A stretch of 64,000 nt of DNA, filler included, from Sphacelaria rigidula (taxonomy: Eukaryota), in NCBI GenBank assembly GCA_964200075.2. It is 7 parts of 7 records of this genome, joined end to end, with 100 filler letters (N's around TTAATTAATTAA, not from the genome) between each part and the next. Parts side by side here need not be neighbours in the genome. Positions count along the whole stretch, not along the records: positions 9,160 to 18,218 come from CAXNAA020009408.1; positions 18,319 to 27,377 come from CAXNAA020009409.1; 5 more parts are not named here. One strand, given 5' to 3'. This document shows, piece after piece, positions 11,870 through 25,081 of the stretch (the stretch's first letter is position 1; each line of letters begins with the position of its first letter). Both the position numbers and the translations under genes were made by a program. A model generated the notes under the pieces. It made no database searches. It was not told where the DNA came from and saw only the letters and a list, made by a program, of their open reading frames with translations.

Positions 11870-14290
11870 GGCATCGTGTCGACAGGGATCCTGAGTTTGG
11901 CCAATAGAAGGCACCGGGATCACGAGCGTCAACGTAGCTCGTATCAAACCAGACTGTCGGGAGATACCACTCACCCACTCCCCGACTGCCCATACTGGAG
12001 TGGGCAAGAGTCTGCCAGGGGTCTTACACCACGAAAAAAAGCATTCAATAACAACGACAGAGACAAGAGCCCAAGTCTCATATCCACGGGGAACCTGGGT
12101 TGAAAGTTAAGGGGTATCGCAATCGCGAGATTGGCGTGTGCTTCGTTTCGGAACAGATTTGGCAGCTACATGAGGTTAAATCCTAAAACCCCGGCCTGGA
12201 CCCCGGGGCTATGCAGCAGCGGAGACCGCAGTGGGGACAGCGTAGGCAGGAGTCGAGGGGCTGTACACTGTGTGGGTACGCACATCAGACGCAAGGAAGG
12301 AGTAGAGTCGGACAGAGCAGGAAAGTTGCACCTGTCTATGAGAAAAGACACACACCGCGCTAACAAACATAGCCGGAAAGTCCACATCGCGATGATGAAA
12401 TAAACTAAAAAAAAGAGATGAAAAAGAGGAGGGCGGACCGGGCTAGGCGTAGACTTGCTAGAAAAGCAGCGCGAATAGCCCTGGCGAGGCGGCGGAGTCA
12501 ACGTGTTAAGGTAGCCACTTACAACGTCAGAACTCTTGCTGTGAAAGGAGCAAACGGATGGGGGCGAGACTACAGCGGGTTGTATGAGGCTGCGAGCGAC
12601 GCTCGAAATAGTTATCTTGCGATTCAGGGAGGACGACATCATCCTCAAGGACATGATATACCTCGACGAGGAGACGGTGAGGGAGACAGAGACACCTCTG
12701 GAACGCGTTCGGAGAGCGGTGTGGGGAATGCTATATGCCGATGATGCGGCCATCGTGTCAAGGTCCCCTGACAGCCTGGCGAAGATGATGACCGTAATAG
12801 TACGCGAGTTTGGGGCCTTTGGACTGACGGTGTCGGAAAAGAAGACAGAGACTCTACTGATGCGAGCACCGAAAAAAACGCCACAGAAGGGGAAGCCACC
12901 AACACCCCCCACCACCACTGGTCATCGAAGCAGCGGGCCAGGAGTACGCACAAACCACGAGGTTCCGATACTTGTGCGAGCTCGTCACCGCTCGCACAAG
13001 AGATCAACGATGAGAGCAGAGCCGCGTGGGCGTGCATCAGAAGGTTTTTCCGTGAGCTCTTTGACCGATCGAAAGTACCGTGGGAACTCAAGGTCCGACT
13101 GCTGAAGGCAGAGGCGATGGAGGCCCTACTGTATGGATGCATGACGTGGATCCCGCGCAGTGAGCACTACGGGTTGCTGAGGACGGTACACTACTGGCTC
13201 CTTCTGCGGGTTATCGGGTACCGCCGAGTGTGTGGCACACATCGGCAGTTATCATACGCCCAGACCCTCAAGAAAACCGGATGCCAAAGTGCTGAGGCCA
13301 TCGTCCGGCAACGGCGACTGCTGTTCGCAGGAGCCCTGGCTAGACAACCAGATGAACAACTACCGAAGCGACTGACGTTCGGAACACTCGTGGGGAGGGA
13401 GGATTCCGGACCAGGGTGCCTGGAGCAAAACTGGCTGAAGTGCCTGCGGGACGATTTTCAAGCTTTCGGAGCCACGAACGACTCTACGGACGACAACCGA
13501 CAGAAGTTCGGAGCTAAAGGTGCCCTCTGGCCTTCTGCAGCGAAGAGGGAAGGGGGGATACCATGGCACGCGGGGGTGGTGCAGGGAGCGGAGAGATTTA
13601 TGATCTCTTGGCACAAGATCGAGGAAGAGGCCAGCCGACTACGAGCGATTAAAATGGGAGCTTTTAGGAGAGGAGGGAGGAGATGGAAGAATGTGTACCC
13701 AGTTTGCACCGAACTACACATGGCGGAAATGGCAGGACCTCCAATCATCTCCCCTTGTATGCTTTTTCATACTATAGTAACTGCTGATTCCCATGCACCC
13801 CTCTCCCCGAGGGGGTGTGTGTTGTTATGTGGTGCTTTTCCGGTTTTGCCTAGTATATCCGTGCGCATAGCTGTCCCTCTAGAGGTACAAGGATGGGACC
13901 CTGCGATCCTTCTCGCGTTGGCTGGTGATCGTGGCTCTCGAGTTGGCTCCCTTCCTGTTTGGCCTCGCGTGTTGAGTGGACCGATGAGCCCTGCCTCCAG
14001 TAGCCTGAAAGGTCGCATACAGCATCGATTCTTGGAGGGTCAGCAGTTTTCTTTTTCCTTCCTCTTTTTCTTCTTTTTCTTCATTTTTCGTATCTTTTCG
14101 AATTTTTTAGTTTCTTTATTTTTATTTCTTTTGTATCGCGTCTGTGGGAATTGTTTCTGGGTCCGATTTTTGTTTTATGATTTTCTTTCACCCTAGCTTG
14201 AGGTAGTTAACCTGTGACCACGGAAGGCGTCCGCATCAGATGCCCAGTATAGAGTACTACGCAGATATCGGAATGGTTGTTAATGTAAAG

Positions 14291-14336
<46 letters not shown>
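11870..14336 (+). mobile_element. Internally deleted RTE-type LINE (non-LTR retrotransposon) with (CAA)n tail
   Basis: APE endonuclease N-terminus VATYNVRTL (~12510) is joined almost directly to RT core MLYADDAAIVS...FGLTVSEKKTE (~12730-12850). C-terminal region EALLYGCMTW...RQRRLLFAGALAR...LPKRL (13117-13400), with frameshifts. The 3'UTR ends in (CAA)n at 14291-14336. The 5' boundary is approximate. Confidence 0.9.
14291..14336 (+). repeat. (CAA)n microsatellite forming the LINE tail
   Basis: About 15 consecutive CAA units. Confidence 0.95.
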
Positions 14337-14338
<2 letters not shown>

Positions 14339-15227
14339 AGAGGACCCAACGGGTCACGTGTGTTCAAGTTTCTGCACACAGCCAAACTCAGCACTTGCGT
14401 GCCTGAACTCTAAACAAACAAAAATTGGCACCAGTTATCTATTTTCTATATACTGAGTCCCGTGCTGCACTTGAGCACATTATTTTTCGGATTTGAATAA
14501 CACGCCTCGGGCTAATAATTTTGCGTAAAAGCTGTAAAAAGTGAACCATATATCGTTCAAAAACCAGCACCTGGAAATCCACACTTTTCCATCGCCAATG
14601 CCAAAAGAGTTAAACTTGTAACGTGTACTATTACACCATCCGTACGTCATTCACCATCCCCTTCTTCAATCGAATCTCAAACTAAGTACTTCGGTTATTT
14701 TCAGCGCCGCGTTGTTGTTTACACTGTAGTGCAATGCAGTGCTGTAAAAGGGTACGTAGTACGTCGTCCCTCCTCCATCGATACAACCTCCGGGAATGAG
14801 TCCAGTTCCTAAAACCTCATTACCCGGGGGGGGTGCACCATCCTCTGCGGTGCAGCACGGCCTAGGGCATGGGACATATGGCTGAATCAGGGGGTATATA
14901 ACTCTATGCTGGTGTCGTGATGGAGCAGGTGTGTGTGCATCGATCGGTGGTGGGATCTTGCGCCGCGAGCAAATAATATTTCCATGCTATGGTGTGCACA
15001 AAGGTGGGGGAGTATGACCTTGGGTATGACCCCGGGTGGTGGGCTTTCAAACTCCATTTTAATCGGCCATCGACTAGTGCTCTCGAAACAAGCCCTTTCT
15101 CGGAATCACTCTGCATTATTTGAGTAGTGACAAAACTTTCGCCACGTGAATGCTTCCACTTATCAGAAAAAAATGAAATGCGAGAATAATGAACCTGGAG
15201 ATGGTATGGCCGCAAGAGCATCCGTAC

Positions 15228-16558
15228 ACAGGACTTCGGGACGGGACCGGAGTCCCGTCGCCGTGAATACCAACGGGACGTGACGAGAAAGTTTCCCCCT
15301 CGCCGTAAAGATGGCGGGAATGGGACGGGAATTTTCGCGGTACTGACGAGGTGGGACGAGATAGGAATTCCCGTCCAGTCCCGGCCTCACGGGGAGGTTC
15401 CCGGTGTTTTTACCGGATTTTTTCGGGAATGCCAGTCATAATACAGGAACGTGAACGCATCCCTCGGAATAAACGCGTGGAGACTAGAGTATTCAGCGAT
15501 ACTAGGATACCTTCACGAAAAATAGCCATCGGCTTCTATGTTGCGCGACAACAGTTGAATCAAATCACAACATTGGCGGCAACCAGCTTGACAAGCGAGG
15601 CGGTTTTGTGCGAAGTCGTCGTCGAATCATCGTGGTTGAAGCGTTTGGGGTATAAGCCTAAGCCTAAGCCTAACCTCAGCCCAAGGGTACCGAAAACCCT
15701 CGGGTGAGGAATACGCATGCGGTGTCCTAGGCAGTGTGCGTTGACAGAGCTCGAATCGGCGCCTAGGGGGCCTGTCTGAGCAAAAACTCGCACTGCGCAC
15801 GATGAGAGCACTCGGGACTGTCAGCCCTCTGAAGATCTGAATATGATAATAACCGTAAAGAAAACGAGTTTTTTCAACCGGGTTGGTTTTGATTACGGTG
15901 ACAAGCACTCCTGGGAAGTGGTCCTGTTGCTGATATCCGCCACTTTACCGGGTATCATCGTCATCCGACTGATAGGTTGCAGTGATGTCGTCTATTATCA
16001 TCTCGGAGAACCCTGGCTGTGCGTGTTGGTTAAAAAAACTAAGAAATGTCAGATGTGTTGTACAATAGTCTAGATAGTCGCCACCGTTCATCCCTCCAAA
16101 CTGAAGAAGATACGACCACGGCCTGCGGGAAAGCCTGGAAATCGAAAATTGTACAGTAGATCACAAACATGTCCCCACATACGACCTTGAGACATGCGAC
16201 AAAATATACTCGAATACTCGACTTTTTTCTTGGTTGAGGGAATTTCGGTTTTGTTGATCGGAAGTCCCATGATACATGACGGGGATTTGCGTGAAATTCT
16301 CGTGAAAAATGTCGAGAGCTTTCCCGGGAGGATGGTACGGGACGACATGGAAACTTCTTCCCGTCGCGAAACAAATGCGAGGCAGGACGGGGAATTGCCC
16401 CACCCCGTCGGGATGAGACGGGACCGTTTCATCGTCACCAAAAATCGACGGAGCGGGACGGGAACATCTCCCCGTCGCCGTAAAAACGACGGGAAGGTCC
16501 GTCTGGTCCCGTCCCAAAGGAGTTCCCGTGAGATTTTTTTCTCTTGGCAAGCCTTGCC
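15228..16558. repeat. Two related GGGACGGGA/TCCCGTCCC-rich MITE-like repeats (~15228-15430 and ~16270-16558)
   Basis: Shared motifs TCCCGTCGCCGT(G/A)AA and GACGGGA in both orientations. No TSD established. Confidence 0.5.
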
Positions 16559-18218
16559 CATGCACTGCTGTACGGGAAAATCAATCGCGTGGGTACATGA
16601 TTCATCACGGCGATGCTCGCTGACACATAAGAAAGATCTTGAAACGCCTCCGTGTAAAATCCCCGAGGAAAACGCCAGTTTTTTTCATGCTTCTCGCCGT
16701 GTGGGTAAATTCCAAATGAAGATGAACCATGTTGTACTTTCGTTGTGTTTTTTGCATGAGAAATGTGCGTTTCTCGGAAACGACAAGAAGTTATGACGAT
16801 GCACGTTTTTGAATATCACTTCCATCCCTGTAGACCACATGCGTGCAGCTCGACCCCGGACGACTTGATAATCTTGCAAGGGTCGGACAAATCAATGATC
16901 CGTCTGGAAATTACTTGGTTTTAGCGTAATTGATTCGAACCGTACGAATCAATCCCTAGGTTTTCTTTCTCAGTGTTGCAACCCAGGTGCACGCAGACCA
17001 GACACGTGGAATGGCGCCAAAGTTGCGTGGATACCCCGTCGACCACCAGCCGTCATTTTTTTCTCTCTTTTGAGCAACCAGGCCTAAGAAATCGTGGATT
17101 TGGTGATTCAACCCGTGATGATTCGTCCGAACCGTGTAATCTTGCCTCATCGAGCTAGATGAACCTCAAGAGCGATCTCGCGTGTTTTGACCACGGAAGG
17201 TAGAGCAAGATCTTCGCAGAAAACAAGACTGGCGCGAGATCACGCGGACATATCTTGAGCTTCCACCATGTACGTGCTGCGAGACCGACGAACAAATTCC
17301 CAACGATCCTCTTGGAAGCCATGTTCAACCCGGACATGTGCTGCCCAGAGTCGACCGAGCGAAGTGCCGGCATGGCTCTCAAGCGGCAGGAATCTCTGGC
17401 AGCGTTCGAGACGCGCGAGACGGTGAGGCAAGAGGTGTTACGAGGACTCTGGTATTCGCGGTCAATGCTGGGCTATCTCTGCCGACACGAAGGTGAAGCT
17501 TCCATTTTGTAAGTCAAGATGAAATGCATACGAGACGCAAGTGGCGAAGATGGTAGTCTGCACCGGCCGGTATCCCGGCAAGGGGAGGGGGTGCTAAACT
17601 CTGACCGCCACAGCGGCCACGTGGGGGTTGTGCGGCGCAAATGAGTAGTATTTGTTAGGCTTTTTCGCGTCATTTGTAGCACCACATAGGTTTTCGATAA
17701 AAGTGTTTGGTGCTGCTGATAAGAAAAATGCAGCGTAGACCGTATAAACCACGGGGAGGGAGTGGGGGGCGCCTACCGCCCGCGGTAGCGTGTGTGTGCT
17801 GATGCCGAAGCCTGGGAGAGCTGCCAACGACGCTTGATAGTGATGTGCCACCTCCACTCTGGAATTGACCATCAACATTCGATGTCGATCACGAAGACTT
17901 TGTCCTGATTGTCACCGCCACATGAAGCTGAGGTGGATATTTGTGTGCCGAGCATGAAGAGTCTACTTGACCGTCGACCTAAATGCAACACTTCCAACTA
18001 TCACCTCGTCTGTGAGGTTTCGCCGTGACACTGCAGTGCACCTACTAGTCGTGGCGCCTCTGGCAGCCAAGTGTTGCGGCAAGGGGGCGGGCATAAGTTT
18101 CTCAGAGACGAAAATTCCAAATTTCTAAATTCGGCCGAAGTCAGCCGGGGGAGGAGGGGGCGGGGGGGGAGGGGTGTACTCATGATCATGCATGCCATAG
18201 TCATAAGACCATTGACCT

Positions 18219-18318
18219 NNNNNNNNNNNNNNNNNNNNNNNNNNNNNNNNNNNNNNNNNNNNTTAATTAATTAANNNNNNNNNNNNNNNNNNNNNNNNNN
18301 NNNNNNNNNNNNNNNNNN
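18219..18318. other. Artificial contig spacer
   Basis: N44-TTAATTAATTAA-N44. Confidence 0.98.
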
Positions 18319-18881
18319 GTGGGTAGGGTAGGGGAGGGTGGGGGGGGGGGGGGGGGGGGGGGGGGTGTGGGGGGGGGGTGGGGGGGGGGGGGGTGGAACA
18401 TACAAACGCAGTAGCTCCCTCAGTGGATTTGCCAAACTAAAAGAGCACACGACTACCCCCCCCACGGGCGATAGTAATATCGTGGGTTTATGGGGAACCT
18501 AGAATAGTGTCCACAGCAATGTGTTGTGTTGTATTTTTCCGCATGCACACAGACCCAAGCGACACTTCCGAGTAAACAGCACACGATATGACATCAAATG
18601 CACAAAATGGGAATCACAGAGTTTACCTCGCGATCACGGAACATACCTCTGTTGGGATGCCGCCGTTGGGGATGTCACGGAGGCAGGATCTGTTTCACAA
18701 TACAAGAGCGGTGTGACGGTGCACTGAGCAAGAATTCACGTACGTCCCATCTTGCGCTTGAATTGTCTTTGGAAACCCTTGTGGGGCGATCTACGGACTT
18801 GCTTGCACCGAACTGTCGAGGTCTGGTGGCTGGCCTAGTGACCCGTCAACAGAGAGTGGCCGGCAATCAACCGAGGGCAAG

Positions 18882-21800
18882 ATGTTGAAGGCCGGAGCCA
18901 ATCCGGCTACGGTAATGATGGGTAACGAGCAATCGTCACGTTCGTTTTTCGCTGCTGCCCCCGACAGTGGCAACGATCCGTTTATGGAGATCAGAGAAGC
19001 TGCAGAAGCGGACGACGAATCGGCGCGTGCACTGCTTCTCGTCCTATCTGCGCTACGCGAGACTATCGGTGAGTGTAGGCCGATGGCGGCCGGAGGGGAC
19101 AGGGATAACGGCGGCGGGAAGTCGAAAGAACCTAGCCCTACGGAATACCTGGCTACCATTCTGTCGGCATTGGAAGGCGGGGACCAGTCACACACTCCGC
19201 AGCTGCTGGCTCTGCTGGCTGCGGTAATGCCACATGCACACCGCAGCCTACTGCGTCTCAAGTTCCCCGCAATCGCGGCAGTGCTTATGCGGCTTCTCAA
19301 GGAGCACGGAGATGAGGATGCAACGATGGCGGTAAATGCAATCGGAGCGCGAGATTCGGAAGGACGTTCCCCTTCGGAATCTGTGAATGTGCTGCAAAGG
19401 CTGCTACGCTGCATGGGCCTCCTCTTGGCGTCGCAGGAAACCAGCTCGTCAGTCTGGACCAGCCCCGGCGTGCTGAGAAGCTTTCACTCGCTGTTGCACT
19501 TCTTCGCCGACCGCCGCTCCAAGGTCCGGCGCTCAGCACACGAGGCTGTGGCAGCTATCCTTACTGCTCAACCCGGCGCCTCTTCCTCTGCTGGGGAGGG
19601 CCATAGCGCGAGCAAAAAAGCTGGGAACAGCGGTAAGGGTCCCGCCGCGCAGACAGCCGAGTTTTGCCATGCCGTCGTGTCCTCCTGTACTAGCCAAGAT
19701 GTCACCCGTGCCATGCACCTCCTCCAGTTCATGCGGCTGGGAGTTCCCCTCTTCCAGCCCAAGCAAGCCTGGGACCTGTGCGAGCTGTCACTGAAGCTCT
19801 TATCACTCCCGAGTCCGCCACTGACCGCCGCAGTGATGCAAATGCTTAGCGCGGTGGTGCAGAGTCCGAGGCCGTGCATGACTGCACCGTATTTGTCCAA
19901 GTTAACCGAGAAGCTGCTTGAGCTGCAGCCTAGCCGGAGCGCAGGCGCCGGGGCGGTGTCCTTTGCCCCTTTGCTGGCCAGCTGTATGGTCCGTCTTCAG
20001 GTACGGCATATTTTGCAGTAGCTTCCACTCATTATTCGGAGGCTAGTTGAATATTTCCGACGGTAGCAGACCTTGACGTGGCGGAACCTACAGAGGTGCA
20101 ACGGGAGTACTGGGCTCCTCCCGAAAGCTTGCTGTAGGAGCGAATGTGTATTATCTAGTTTTGGCGTGCTGATCGTACAGGCCCACCCCAATACATCAAC
20201 AATTTCGCCATACCGATTCCCAGCTGATTCAATAATGTTGGAGTGAAATAACGCGGCGGAGCTCTTGCTGCGTTTGCGCGAGAACCAGCGAGCTGCATCA
20301 GTGAAGTTGAAATTGAACCGCGCATTGCCAAATCCTGCTCCGATGCACTGGCGTCAGGTCATGACCATGAAACTCTGCTGCATAGGTGGGCGTAACTAGA
20401 CCTGATTTCCCCGTACCCATGATTCCGCTGCCTCTCGAATTACTTTTTTGTAATTTCACTAGAGTATGGATCAGGCAACCTCTAGCCCGCTTCTGGCACC
20501 CGCCATGCTCGCGCTCGTCGACTACTGCGAGTCATCATCGTCAGCTGTTCACACGGCATCCTGCGGAGCTATTAATCTCATGTTCCAAGCTTGCGTTGAC
20601 CAAGGGATGGTGACGCAAATGGCGGGATCGTTGGGCCAAGGGGGTGCTGGTAGTGCCGGAGGCCCCTTGGCGCAGACGCTTTCCACGTTGGAAACCCTTC
20701 TACAGTACCGATTCCAGCGCTCCTGGGCGAAATCTCTTCCCTTGTTGGGGCGGCTGTTTTTGCACCTCCGCGGAGCGTCATTCCCGCTTCTCGTCGCCGT
20801 TCTACGTGGCCTGGGAGAGCTGCACGACGCTCTGAACAGCGTGCCATCTGCTGCACTTCCTGGAGTCACCTCGGCCCTTAACGAAGCGGTCTCGTTTGCA
20901 ATTGAGGGGATGGGCGCGGAGCGCGTTCTCAGCGTGCTCCCGCTCGCCCCCGCCAGCGCTACCAAAGTGGAGGAGAGTGGAGTAACGGAGGCGAGGGCGT
21001 GGCTCCTGCCGCTACTGACGGAGCACGCTGGAGCGGCGCCCTCGCGCCTTGCATTTTTCCATCAGTCCGTGCTGAAGATGGCCAAAGCGTGCGATATCGC
21101 GGGGAACTCGAAATCTGTTTCGGTAAACCAAGCGCGTACGCAGCGATTCCGAGTTGTGCAGTTGTGGGGGCTTTTGCCCGGCTTTTGCGCGCGACCGACA
21201 GATATCGCCTCGTCCTTCGGCACCCTCGCTCCAGTGCTCGCCAACGCCATGCAAGACGCAAACCACCCTGGGATATTGCCTGAAATATGCACGGCGCTGC
21301 AGGTTCTGGTGAAGGGCGTGAAAGCGCGCGAGGCGGAAGGCGACCATCAAGCCAAATTTGATCGCGAAAAGCTGTCCAATACAGCGACCCGATTCTTGCC
21401 GAAATTATTTGCGCTCGTGGACCCTAGCGAGGGAGACACAACCGGATTGACGGCGCAGGCGATGGAAGGAGTAGATGGAAGCGTCGGTGACAAGGATCCT
21501 GCGGCCGTGGCCGCCGCTGCAAATGAGAGGGTAGCGGCGGTATGCGCGGCGGCGGCGGCCATGGCGAGCGTCGCTCCTGCCTCCTATCTATCGTCCCTCT
21601 TTAAGAAGCTTTTGCACAAGTTGATCGAGGCTACCGCTGGCGCTGCTCGTGAGGATGGGAATGGCGGTGCTGCGGGAAAGGCTGCTGCGTTGGCGGTGAG
21701 TATGTGGACGTTTTTTCTACATCTCGTGCCTACCTTCGGCAAGGTAGAAAGAAAGTTGGTACTCACGGGATTTCCGATGCGCCGCGATGAAAAATCTTTT

Positions 21801-24800
21801 ATCCTCGTTTCATTATCGCCGTAGGTGCGTTCCAGGGTTATAAATAGGGCCTACGGCTCCGCAGAATTTTTGGTAAAATTGCGCTCAGCGCAGGTCCGCG
21901 GAGCGGTAATCTGCGGCTTGCCGCGGAAAAAAAATGGACCGCACTTCTTTCGCCTACGGCGACAAAATCTTCTGCGGCAAATTTTTTCGCCGCAGGCAAA
22001 AATAAAATTGGGAGGTGTTTTTTTCCGTTGCAGGAGGTCGCTGCACACATGACATGGCAAAAATGTGCCCATTTTGATCCATTTTTAAGGGTGTGCCCAC
22101 ATTGTGTCGCTCCGCGGGGCCCTGCGGGGGACCGCAGGTCGCCTTCGGCTTCGGCCTGCGGCCGCGCAGGCAGAGCCTCCGCTCTATGTATAACCCTGGT
22201 GCGTTTTTTTCACCCCTACGATATACATTTCGTTCGCCGCTGCGGCGCATCGGTCTCCGGTGCATGCCATGGCGAAATCAGGGCAGCTGGCTTGCTACGA
22301 AATCGTGAGGTAATTGCCACCCATCAGCTGAACGCACCTAGGTACCCTTCTCCCTCTACACAGGGTGAGGCAGTTTTCGTATCTCTCGGGTCACCATGTC
22401 AACTGCATCGTCTTTGCTGTGTCAACCAGATCCCCTGATCCGCTCCGTTGCTCCTCTTTCCTTCATCAACATGCGGCCTGTTGAATTGCCAGAAGGCGCA
22501 AGTTATGCTAGAACTGGCGGCGGGGTTAGCTCCCTCCTTGGACGACGAGGGAGTGTCGTTGCTTTACCGAGCTGCCAAGCCCCTTGTGCGGGATGATACA
22601 TCTCAGCATCTTCAAAAACGCGCTTACAAGGTAAAATCATTCCTGTACGACGCATGTATATGCTTTGTCCTTCGCGCATCAACTACATGACGATGCAAGA
22701 GCAGTGTCCATCGATTTTCCCCGAGAGGTGGAAGGTGTGCTACCCGTCAAAGTTTGCCACTCCGTATCCTGGAATGCGTACAACATGGGCCAGCTTGAAG
22801 CAATTTTGGGCGCTCGACGCAATTTTTTGGCCAATAGACAAGAACATTTACTCAGCAAACTAGAGCCAGTTTAAGATTCTGACGAAACTTCACAAAACCA
22901 AAGCTTGACAAATATATGCCCACCTATATGTTCGGCTCAACCACAACGTTTTTGCGTGTTGACGCGTAGAACGTACGTATGAAATTCAAGCTCCCAAGGT
23001 CTCATATTAAACCGTTCGTGTTGTTGACTGTATGGCGGTGCAGATATGCTGCCCGATAGGGTGGCGGATCGTGGGTTCGAACCCCGACACATGCGTTTTT
23101 GTTCAGGTCGGGTGAGCTGAAAATTTTGTTGAATGCGTGAAAGATTTGTAACTTGCGTGCGGAAGGTCCTTGTAAAAGGTCGCCTCAAAAATCCTAGAAT
23201 TGGGTGCGGCGTTCCACTTTTTGTGTCACCGCTGTGCGCCGGTGATCCAAGTGGTTCGGGGGTACTCCAGCTACGAAGGTCACGAGTTCAAACCCCGATA
23301 TATATCTTTTTGTTTCTGCAGAATCTGGTTCCGTAAGTTCATATATTATGCAGTACATTTTCTTCTTTTTTCAAGCGGTAAAGCGTGCATCAGCAGGTTG
23401 GTCTGCACTTTACATCGACATACTTCCAGTAGGTTAATTCGGGTCATTGGACAAGTCCTTGTGTGCTCAAGAAATGCCAGTTTTCGGGTTGGCCCAGCTC
23501 GCACCTGTTCCCCGGTTCTCCATCCCCATACTCTTGCCGTCCTGCTCCCCACACCGCTCCTTCCTTGTGTGGATCAAAACAAAAACAAGACAGGTGCTGC
23601 TAGCATTGTGCACCCACCGACCGAACTTCATGTCTTCGGCCGATGTTCTCCCTGACGTTCTGGAGCTCTTCACCTCATCCCTCCTCACGTGCCACGTCTC
23701 GGCGCGAGTGATGCGCCTGCAATGCCTCGCCCGCCTCACGGCATCCTTCACTCCGGGCGACCCCGCGCAAGCCCGCTTTTTGCCGCCGGCCACCCTCGAG
23801 GTCGTGCTCTGCACGAAGGACTCCAACGGGCGAACGAGAGAACTCGCTTACAACGTTCTGGTGCTCATGGCCGTCGCGCGTGGCAATCCGGCCGATACCG
23901 TGCACACCGTAGTCGGCGCCCTCGCGGCCACTACGCCGCACGCGAGGTCGGCTGCGGTCCTAGCTTTAGGCCGCCTGCAGCTGGAGTTCGGGCACTTCAG
24001 GAGCGAGTGCTGGGATGCGAGGGTGGCGGATATGGTACCACAACTCACGCAGACGATGCTGCTCTTGCTCAAGGAGCCCTCGAGGGAGGTGGTGAAGGCT
24101 GTACTGGGCTGGTTGAGGGTCGCCGTCGGTGGCGCGGACCGCGAGGTGTTGAGGCCTTTGGTCTCGGCTATTGTGCTCGGGGTGATGTCGGGGACTACTC
24201 ACAGACATAAGGTCAGGTCATGATACACATTTTTTTTACGCGCGAGAGGCGGGGGGAAGGTTGGGATGGGGCAGAGGGAGAGCTGTGCTCATTTCCTGAA
24301 GTTCGTGTTGGTATCTTTCCTCCTTTTCCGTGTTCAACACGGATCGATTGGCCCATGTGTTCCACGTCCTGGTTGACGTGTAGCACGTGGTACAATTTCG
24401 TGTCTGTTTTATAACTAACTGCCTCTTGCATCGGCGTTACTTTGTTCGGTGTGCCGGTGGACAGGACCACTTCCGCGCAAAAATCAAAAGTGTGTTGTCC
24501 AAGCTCTGCCGCAAGTTTGGCTTCGCGTACATCAAGAATCTCATGCCCGACGACGATAAAAAGCTAGTCACGCACATGCAGATGATCGCCGAGCGCGAGA
24601 TCAAGGCCAAAAAGATACGTCTGGCGGGCAACGGACGAAGTGCGAGTGGAAGAGACGGGGACGGCGGCCGTGGCGGCGGCAGCGGCAGGGCGGGGGATGG
24701 TGGCGTGACAAAAGCGTTGCGGACGTTCGATGCCATCATGGAAGGTTGGTGTTTTTTTCCTGTCCTGTTCCGCTTCGGCGTTGAACATATGCCCTAGGTC

Positions 24801-25050
24801 GGGGTAGACTAGTGGCACTCGTTGTGACGTTTGAGTGTTTTCGTGTGCTATTGGATGTCCTTGCGTGACTCGTATCTCGTACATGCTGGCGCATCTGCAT
24901 TGCTGTACTTGGTTCAATTTTGATTGATTAATTGTCGCACATTAGCTCATCAACTCATGTCCGAGGAACCTCGCCGAGATTGCGAAATGGACGTACTCGA
25001 GGCAAGGTACAGAAAACGAAAATGCTCGCTAAGGAAGGAAAGTAAAGAAG

Positions 25051-25081
<31 letters not shown>

